This document shows, one piece after another, positions 52,060 through 64,000 of a stretch of 64,000 bases of DNA. The stretch is from the NCBI RefSeq assembly GCF_006345805.1, contig NC_043000.1:163804001-163868000 (forward strand), read 5' to 3'. The notes under the pieces were generated by a model. It was not told where the DNA came from and ran no database searches. It was given only the letters and a program-made list of their open reading frames with translations. Positions within the stretch are counted from its first letter, which is position 1; every line of letters begins with the position of its first letter. This DNA is from Octopus sinensis (lineage: Eukaryota). The position numbers and the translations under genes are program-made.

Positions 52060-55000
52060 ATTCTGAACCAAACATTTTTGTGAATGGAACAAGGTTAGAA
52101 GTCGTTGACACCTATGTTTACCTTGGAAGCAAGAGATGGTGGCTTTGATGCAGAGACATACTATCGGATGGGAAGGGAAGTGTTGCATTTGAAAAGCTGG
52201 AAAAGCGAGTATGGGCGGATAGAGGTATTTCCCTGCAGGCAAGAATCGGATGGGAAGGGAAGTGTTGCATTTGAAAAGCTGGAAAAGCGAGTATGGGCGG
52301 ATAGAGGTATTTCCCTGCAGGCAAAAATCGGATGGGAAGGGAAGTGTTGCATTTGAAAAGCTGGAAAAGCGAGTATGGGCGGATAGAGGTATTTCCCTGC
52401 AGGCAAAAATCGGATGGGAAGGGAAGTGTTGCATTTGAAAAGCTGGAAAAGCGAGTATGGGCGGATAGAGGTATTTCCCTGCAGGCAAGAATCGGATGGG
52501 AAGGAAGTGTTGCATTTGAAAAGCTGGAAAAGCGAGTATGGGCGGATAGAGGTATTCCCTGCAGGCAAGAATCGGATGGGAAGGGAAGTGTTGCATTTGA
52601 AAAGCTGGAAAAAGCGAGAGTATGGGCGGATAGAGGTATTTCCCTGCAGGCAAAAATCGGATGGGAAGGGAAGTGTTGCATTTGACAAGCTGGAAAAGCG
52701 AGTATGGGCGGATAGAGGTATTTCCCTGCAGGCAAAAATCGGATGGGAAGGGAAGTGTTGCATTTGAAAAGCTGGAAAAAGCGAGTATGGGCGGATAGAG
52801 GTATTTCCCTGCAGGCAAAAATCGGATGGGAAGGAAGTGTGCATTTGAAAAGCTGGAAAAGCGAGTATGGGCGGATAGAGGTATTTCCCTGCAGGCAAAA
52901 ATCGGATGGGAAGGGAAGTGTTGCATTTGAAAAGCTGGAAAAGCGAGTATGGGCGGATAGAGGTATTTCCCTGCAGGCAAAAATCGGATGGGAAGGGAAG
53001 TGTGCATTTGAAAAGCTGGAAAAGCGAGTATGGGCGGATAGAGGTATTCCCTGCAGGCAAAAATCGGATGGGAAGGGAAGTGTTGCATTTGAAAAGCTGG
53101 AAAAGCGAGTATGGGCGGATAGAGGTATTCCCTGCAGGCAAAAATCGGATGGGAAGGGAAGTGTTGCATTTGAAAAGCTGGAAAAGCGAGTATGGGCGGA
53201 TAGAGGTATTTCCCTGCAGGCAAGAATCGGATGGGAAGGGAAGTGTGCATTTGAAAAGCTGGAAAAGCGAGTATGGGCGGATAGAGGTATTTCCCTGCAG
53301 GCAAGAATCGGATGGGAAGGGAAGTGTTGCATTTGAAAAGCTGGAAAAGCGAGTATGGGCGGATAGAGAGGTATTTCCTGCAGGCAAGAATCGGATGGGA
53401 AGGGAAGTGTTGCATTTGAAAAGCTGGAAAAGCGAGTATGGGCGGATAGAGGTATTTCCCTGCAGGCAAGAATCGGATGGGAAGGGAAGTGTTGCATTTG
53501 AAAAGCTGGAAAAGCGAGTATGGGCGGATAGAGGTATTTCCCTGCAGGCAAGAATCGGATGGGAAGGGAAGTGTTGCATTTGAAAAGCTGGAAAAGCGAG
53601 TATGGGCGGATAGAGGTATTTCCCTGCAGGCAAGAATCGGATGGGAAGGGAAGTGTTGCATTTGAAAAGCTGGAAAAGCGAGTATGGGCGGATAGAGGTA
53701 TTTCCCTGCAGGCAAGAATCGGATGGGAAGGGAAGTGTTGCATTTGAAAAGCTGGAAAAGCGAGTATGGGCGGATAGAGGTATTTCCCTGCAGGCAAAAA
53801 TCGGATGGAAGGGAAGTGTTGCATTTGAAAAGCTGGAAAAGCGAGTATGGGCGGATAGAGGTATTTCCCAGCAGGCAAAAATCGGATGGGAAGGGAAGTG
53901 GTGCATTTGAAAAGCTGGAAAAGCGAGTATGGGCGGATAGAGTATTTCCCTGCAGGCAAAAATCGGATGGGAAGGGAAGTGTTGCATTTGAAAAGCTGGA
54001 AAAGCGAGTATGGGCGGATAGAGGTATTTCCCTGCAGGCAAGAATCGGATGGGAAGGGAAGTGTTGCATTTGAAAAGCTGGAAAAGCGAGTATGGGCTGC
54101 GAGAAGCGGGGTGAGCGTGAAGTGTGGCGGATAGAGGTATTTCCCTGCAGGCAAAAATCGGATGGGAAGGGAAGTGTTGCATTTGAAAAGCTGGAAAAGC
54201 GAGTATGGGCGGATAGAGGTATTTCCCTGCAGGCAAGAATCGGATGGGAAGGGAAGTGTTGCATTTGAAAAGCTGGAAAAGCGAGTATGGGCGGATAGAG
54301 GTATTTCCCTGCAGGCAAAAATCGGATGGGAAGGGAAGTGTTGCATTTGAAAAGCTGGAAAAGCGAGTATGGGCGGATAGAGGTATTTCCCTGCAGGCAA
54401 AAATCGGATGGGAAGGGAAGTGTTGCATTTGAAAAGCTGGAAAAGCGAGTATGGGCGGATAGAGGTATTTCCCTGCAGGCAAAAATCGGATGGGAAGGGA
54501 AGTGTTGCATTTGAAAAGCTGGAAAAAGCGAGAGTATGGGCGGATAGAGGTATTTCCCTGCAGGCAAAATCGGATGGGAAGGGAAGTGTTGCATTTGAAA
54601 AGCTGGAAAAGCGAGTATGGGCGGATAGAGGTATTTCCCTGCAGGCAAAAATCGGATGGGAAGGGAAGTGTGCATTTGAAAAGCTGGAAAAGCGAGTATG
54701 GGCGGATAGAGGTATTTCCCTGCAGGCAAGAATCGGATGGGAAGGGAAGTGTTGCATTTGAAAAGCTGGAAAAGCGAGTATGGGCGGATAGAGGTATTTC
54801 CCTGCAGGCAAAAATCGGATGGGAAGGGAAGTGTTGCATTTGAAAAGCTGGAAAAGCGAGTATGGGCGGATAGAGGTATTTCCCTGCAGGCAAGAATCGG
54901 ATGGGAAGGGAAGTGTTGCATTTGAAAAGCTGGAAAAGCGAGTATGGGCGGATAGAGGTATTCCCTGCAGGCAAGAATCGGATGGGAAGGGAAGTGTTGC

Positions 55001-56870
55001 ATTTGAAAAGCTGGAAAAGCGAGTATGGGCGGATAGAGGTATTTCCCTGCAGGCAAAAATCGGATGGGAAGGGAAGTGTTGCATTTGAAAAGCTGGAAAA
55101 GCGAGTATGGGCGGATAGAGGTATTTCCTGCAGGCAAGAATCGGATGGGAAGGGAAGTGTGCATTTGAAAAGCTGGAAAAGCGAGTATGGGCGGATAGAG
55201 GTATTCCCTGCAGGCAAGAATCGGATGGGAAGGGAAGTGTTGCATTTGAAAAGCTGGAAAAGCGAGTATGGGCGGATAGAGGTATTTCCCTGCAGGCAAA
55301 AATCGGAGGGGAAGGGAAGTGTTGCATTTGAAAAGCTGGAAAAGCGAGTATGGGCGGATAGAGGTATTTCCCAGCAGGCAAAAATCGGATGGGAAGGGAA
55401 GTGTTGCATTTGAAAAGCTGGAAAAGCGAGTATGGGCGGATAGAGGTATTTCCCTGCAGGCAAAATCGGATGGAAGGGAAGGGAAGTGTTGCATTTGAAA
55501 AGCTGGAAAAGCGAGTATGGGCGGATAGAGGTATTTCCCTGCAGGCAAGAATCGGATGGGAAGGGAAGTGTTGCATTTGAAAAGCTGGAAAAGCGAGTAT
55601 GGGCGGATAGAGGTATTTCCCTGCAGGCAAAAATCGATGGGAAGGGAAGTGTTGCATTTGAAAAGCTGGAAAAGCGAGTATGGGCGGATAGAGGTATTTC
55701 CCTGCAGGCAAGAATCGGATGGGAAGGGAAGTGTTGCATTTGAAAAGCTGGAAAAGCGAGTATGGGCGGATAGAGGTATTTCCCTGCAGGCAAAAATCGG
55801 ATGGGAAGGGAAGTGTTGCATTTGAAAAGCTGGAAAAGCGAGTATGGGCGGATAGAGGTATTTCCCTGCAGGCAAAAATCGGATGGGAAGGGAAGTGTTG
55901 CATTTGAAAAGCTGGAAAAGCGAGTATGGGCGGATAGAGGTATTTCCCTGCAGGCAAAAATCGGATGGGAAGGGAAGTGTTGCATTTGAAAAGCTGGAAA
56001 AGCGAGTATGGGCGGATAGAGGTATTTCCCTGCAGGCAAAAATCGGATGGGAAGGGAAGTGTTGCATTTGAAAAGCTGGAAAAGCGAGTGTGGGCGGATA
56101 GAGGTATTTCCCTGCAGGCAAAAATCGGATGGGAAGGGAAGTGTTGCATTTGAAAAGCTGGAAAAGCGAGTATGGGCGGATAGAGGTATTTCCCTGCAGG
56201 CAAGAATCGGATGGGAAGGGAAGTGTTGCATTTGAAAAGCTGGAAAAGCGAGTATGGGCGGATAGAGGTATTTCCCTGCAGGCAAGAATCGGATGGGAAG
56301 GGAAGTGTTGCATTTGAAAAGCTGGAAAAGCGAGTATGGGCGGATAGAGGTATTTCCCTGCAGGCAAGAATCGGATGGGAAGGGAAGTGTTGCATTTGAA
56401 AAGCTGGAAAAGCGAGTATGGGCGGATAGAGGTATTTCCCTGCAGGCAAAAGTCAGTGTTTATAAAGCGTGTGCATTGACTGCACTTACAAGCGTCATGT
56501 AAAAATGGTGGAGAGATTTCATCAAAAGTGCCTCAGACATATCTTAGGAGTGAAGTGGGAATGTTTCATACGAGATACAGAAGTTTTGCGCATGGCACGT
56601 GGCAGTTCAATTAAAAAAGCATGTTATCTTGTCTCAAATGAGATGGACAGGACGCGTTATTAGAATGAAAGACTAGCGTTTGCCGAAGCGTCTTTTTATG
56701 GTGAGCTCAACTCTGGCAAGCGACCAGAACATAAGCCGAGGAAAAGGTATAAAGGATTGTGTGAAGGAAAACCTGAAGAAACTAGATACGAACAAAAGTG
56801 ATTGGGAAGTGGAGAGGTGCCATGGGGACTGGTTGCAATGCTTGGGAGGAAAAGATGAGTCAGCACTCTG
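52060..56870 (+). pseudogene. RTE-clade LINE 3' fragment (RT thumb/C-terminus) split by an internal tandem array
   Basis: VNGTRLEVVDTYVYLGS..DAETYYR | GSVAFEKLEKRVWADRGISLQAK | VSVYKAC..ERFHQKCLRHILGVKW..DTEVL..QMRWTGRVIRMKD*RLPKRLFYGEL..GKR..PRKR.KDCVKENL. Confidence 0.9.
52163..56451. repeat. 82-bp tandem array, about 52 copies
   Basis: Unit atcggatgggaagggaagtgttgcatttgaaaagctggaaaagcgagtatgggcggatagaggtatttccctgcaggcaa(g/a)a. Confidence 0.98.
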
Positions 56871-56891
56871 AGCTTAAAGTATTTACAAATT

Positions 56892-59770
<2,879 letters not shown>

Positions 59771-60359
59771 CACTTATACCCTTAGCTACACATATATTGT
59801 ATATATTGTAGTCCTAAATCCTGCTTTCTCACACAAACGCTCACGCGCACGCACATACACACCCATGTATGTCATTGCACATGCGTGAAAATATACAGGA
59901 AACCATTTCCCATTTAAAATGTGTCTCCCACAACATACAAGATGTGTTCCAGAGTTTTGAGATATTTTCAGGAGAGACATTAATTTCAAATAAGTACAAA
60001 ATTCTAATTTCCTTCAAAGTCGGATCCTTTGACTTCAATGCACTTGTTGAAGCGATCCAGTCGCTTCGAGAAGGCCCCACGGAAATCCTCCAAAGTGAAG
60101 ATGCCCAGGACATTTGTCAGGAAACAGCCAAAAGTCACAGAAAGAAAGGCCTGGCTCGTAAGGAGAGTAAGGGACAGTTTTGATACCCAACTCTGTCAAG
60201 TAGTTGATTACCCGGATTGAATTGTGGTCTTGTGTATTGGCCTGATCTCCTTTTGATCATTTTCAAAACCACTCCAAAAGTACTCTTTGTTGACAGCATG
60301 GCCAGAGGGGACCCAGTGGATGTATAGGACGCATTTGCTGTCGAAAAAGGCTTTAAAAA

Positions 60360-60660
60360 AAGAGGTCCTGGGGTCGATTCATTCGACTAAACATTCAGGG
60401 TGGTGCACCAGCATGGCCACAGTCTAATGACTGAAACAAGCAAAAGATAAAAGACTAAAGATATAGGCGTAGGAGTGACTGTGTGGTAAGTAGCTTGCTT
60501 ACCAACCACATGCTTCCGGGTTCAGTCCCACTGCGTGGCACCTTGGGCAAGTGTCTTCTACTATAGCTTCGGGCCGACCAAAGACTTCTGAGTGGATTTA
60601 GTAGACGGAAACTGAAAGAAGGCCGTTGCATATATGTATATATATCTATATGTGTGCGTG
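60360..60660 (+). mobile_element. Family-B SINE tail followed by a second family-B head, running into the gap
   Basis: ggggtcgattcattcgact..ccagcatggccacagtctaatgactgaaac, then ggcgtaggagtgactgtgtggtaagtagcttgcttacc. Confidence 0.8.
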
Positions 60661-60672
60661 TGGGTGGTGTGT

Positions 60673-60727
<55 letters not shown>

Positions 60728-60756
60728 TGTGTGTGTGTTGTGTGTGTGTGTGTGTG

Positions 60757-60856
60757 NNNNNNNNNNNNNNNNNNNNNNNNNNNNNNNNNNNNNNNNNNNN
60801 NNNNNNNNNNNNNNNNNNNNNNNNNNNNNNNNNNNNNNNNNNNNNNNNNNNNNNNN
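60757..60856. other. Assembly gap (100 N)
   Basis: Run of N of round length. The true distance is unknown. Confidence 1.
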
Positions 60857-60904
60857 AGGAGTGAGATGTTTGCAGTATGGGCACTAGTAGTGGTGATGTG
60901 GTAG

Positions 60905-61509
60905 CGTTTATTGGTAATGGTGGTGGTGGTGGTGGTGGTGGTGGTGGTGGCTCTGCTGCTGTGGCTGCTGGTGCTGGTGGTGGTATGGTGGTAGGGGCGG
61001 TGGTGTTGGTGGTGGGTGGCGGCGGCGGCGGCGGCGGTGGTGGTGGTGGTGGTGGTGGTGGTGGTGGTGGTTTTGGTGATGGTGGTGGTGGTGGTGGTGG
61101 TGGTGGTGGTGGTGGACGGCGTTGTCGTCGACATTGTCGTAGTCGCCGGGGTGATTTTAATACCAGATCATTTACGATCGAACAGACATGATCAAAGACG
61201 TTCCAACAGCCATCATTTTAATTCTTTTAGAATTGTGTAGTTTTCTTTTTCCTTTTCTTTTTCTTTTTTTTTTTGAGGGGCGAGCGAGATCTAAATGCTC
61301 TTTTTTTAATTTTTTCCTCTTAAAGTTGGGCGAACACACAGAGGTTCCCTCCGTTTGCACACTGGTAAGCTGTGCGGAGGAAGGGACTTACGCTGGTGTT
61401 TCAAGTGTTAAGGTAATAATGAGGATGTCAATAGGTTTGGTTGTGGGTTACAGTGGCACCGATTATATAACTTTTGGCGGGTACCATTGGATGTAGTAGC
61501 AGCAGTAGT

Positions 61510-61570
<61 letters not shown>

Positions 61571-61770
61571 CAAGAAGAAGAAAGTGGAGGAGAGAGGAGG
61601 AAGGTGAGGATTTCGAAAAGAAGTGGATTATGTGGATGGGATGGAAGAGAAATGAGAACGCGAAGAAAAACAAGAAGAACCGAGTCCTTGGCCCGATCTG
61701 TGTCACAATACCCAACCTCCGACCCCGCCGCCTCACCACCACCACCACCACCACCACCGCCGCCACCGCC
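60905..61770. repeat. (GGT)n, (AGC)n/(AGT)n and (CCA)n tracts
   Basis: Directly visible. Confidence 0.9.
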
Positions 61771-62365
61771 ATCTACCACACTGCACCGCTCGTACCAACC
61801 AACGAAATGGATAGCAGTGTTTGGGGTTAATTGTTTATTCCATCCACCTTTGTGGAGAGATCTTAACATACATTACAGGCCAACTTTCTGTCTTCTATTT
61901 TGAATAGTACGTAAGGGGCCATAATGAGACGTGGTGGGAGGGTGGCGGGGCGAGGCGGGGAAAGAAAAATAACAGGTTAAAACGGCTTTTGCAATAACAA
62001 TAACAACAACTTAGGAGAAGAAAAAAAGAAAAAAGAAGCGAAATCTTTTGACGGGTAATGTGAGAAGAGAGAGGGGAAGAGAGAGAGAGAGAGAGGGAGA
62101 GAGAAAGAGAGGGAGAGAAAGAGAGGGAGAGAGAGAGAGTTAAGGGATATCCTATTCAATAAAAAACTTGGGTGTTGGAGTTTGTTTTTCGTTCGGTATC
62201 AGTTACATTACTGCTAGAGTACTAGATAAAATACACACACACACACACACACACACACGTGCATGCATAGGCATACATACACACACAATCATATGTGTGT
62301 ATGTATATATATAATATACATATATATAAAATATACACATACAAGCACTAATTATCTACGTATCA

Positions 62366-62397
<32 letters not shown>

Positions 62398-62433
62398 TCT
62401 CTCTTTGTCTCTCTCTCTCTCTTATATATATAC

Positions 62434-62465
<32 letters not shown>

Positions 62466-62606
62466 TAATATATACATATATTTATATACCCATGTTTCTA
62501 TCTTTCTCTCTCCCTACTTATCAGTATCCATGTATCAATGTATCTCTGCATATTTAATGATATGCATGCTTCTTTATGCATCTATATATATATATGTATA
62601 TATATA

Positions 62607-62700
<94 letters not shown>

Positions 62701-62849
62701 GCGTTTGCAATACTTTTTTTCGTTCGGCGTCAACAGCCCTTCTTATCTTGTTTTTCCTTGTCCTGTCTTCTACTGTTTACAATTTGCACTGTCGTTACTG
62801 TCCTGTTGTTACTATTTTTTACCCCTCTGCGAAAAGATCTCAGAATTTT

Positions 62850-63130
62850 AATTGATTTGCTTTTCGCAGGAAGGAAAGTTTTCTTGTCGAAGATACGTCT
62901 CGCTTTTATCCTTCGAAACGTAGAGTAGATGAAAGCTTTAGCGACTGAAGAAGGGGTTTTTCCTTGTGTTAATTGTCCTGTATTCTATTTTTTATGTTTT
63001 CGTTTCTCATTGTGTTCGACGTCCCTTTGGTGTCCTGTACGCATATATGCGTGTATATGTACATGTAGAGGTAGGTACGTACATATATGTTTATATATAT
63101 GCATATGTTCTATTTCATTTATTATATATT
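62850..63130 (+). repeat. Diverged copy of the 32707-32923 repeat family with degenerate hammerhead boxes
   Basis: ctgaagaagggg..ccttg..ttatgttttcgtttctcattgtgttcgacgt..ggtgtcctgtac..gtaggtacgtacatatatg. Confidence 0.7.
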
Positions 63131-64000
63131 ATATATATATCTATATATCTGTTATGTTTTACCGGTTCGGCCCAGGGCTGAGGTCATGCTGGAGCACCAC
63201 CCGTAGAAAGCAACAAAAGGGAAGGAAAGTGTGAAGTCAGTAGGACCTTTGTCACTAATCAGCAGAAGATAGATATAATACAAGAGAAAAAGGTACAGCC
63301 AACATGGGGCTGGAACCCACGACCCCGAGCTAGACGGGTGGAATATATATACAAATATATGTGTGTGTGTATGTATATATATATATATATATAGATGAGA
63401 AAGTTGGTTTGTGAAAGCACGTGGTTGAATATATAGAAAATAGTAAAATTTAAAAGCATCGACGAGGAGATGCACAATATAATACAAAAACATACCGAGG
63501 GACAACCCCTCGAAAATACATTAGATCATTGGAAGGATACCTGTGAAAAAGAAGAGAGAAATTCTCTCCTGCGCTGGGAAAAAAAGCAACGATTTCTTCC
63601 AAAGATATAGTCTAACTTTCAAAAATGAATTGGGTACAAATAATCCCTTCCTTAAGAAAATTACAAAAAATAAAAAATAAAAACCAAACAACCCACGAAC
63701 AACCCCCAACTATCCTCCATACACTAGAAACAGAAATCACCCACAACCAACATTTTCAACCACGCAAGACTTAACAGGGAACTAGCTGAAAGAGGACGCG
63801 TCTATGAAAGACAAAAAACCCAAAACAGAACAAACCAACCACTCATCATAAGACCAGACCCAACCACCATACAGCACAATACGACACTAGGATAAGAAAT
63901 ACACCACACACAAATCACTACTACCCCACGAACCAAAACTACTGGTCCCCCTAAACACAAGACAAACGCAAAGAAACACTATGTCAAGCAACATCCCACA

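Noticed and set aside
51967-56449. Three 1374-1466 aa ORFs as real genes
   Set aside because: They are the stop-free antisense of an 82-bp tandem unit. The sense strand is the LINE-derived one.
52163-56451. CRISPR array
   Set aside because: The units are contiguous with no unique spacers, no cas genes are present, and the context is eukaryotic.
59869-60260. 104-aa ORF as a host exon or transposase
   Set aside because: No recognisable domain. There is only a faint resemblance to a mariner HTH region.
63440-64000. ORF1 region of another LINE
   Set aside because: Only A/C-rich composition and a short RDNP similarity support it, and it is truncated by the window edge.

Overview
AT-rich, repeat-saturated animal genomic DNA with no host protein-coding gene, rRNA or true tRNA that I can support. 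The extreme microsatellite load and the tRNA-derived SINE families suggest an octopus/coleoid genome (inference). The window contains: (1) a 5'-truncated Penelope-like element (RT + GIY-YIG) with an inverted pseudo-LTR, inserted with a 12-bp TSD into a mariner relic; (2) decayed non-LTR retroelements (L1/Tx1-like, RTE, R4/Dong-like, HERO-like, CR1-like); (3) Tc1/mariner and hAT relics and MITEs; (4) many tRNA-derived SINEs; (5) an approximately 52-copy 82-bp tandem array amplified out of a dead RTE reverse-transcriptase gene; and (6) a 100-N gap. The most interesting signal is a set of minimal type I hammerhead-ribozyme motifs in several unrelated repeat families. One family fuses a tRNA-like Pol III head, an (AAT)n tract and a hammerhead, occurring both as the Penelope pseudo-LTR and as free non-coding copies. 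One motif has a swapped G3:C8 core, and another has a 94-nt insertion in stem II. All calls were made by eye, and coordinates of degraded elements are approximate.
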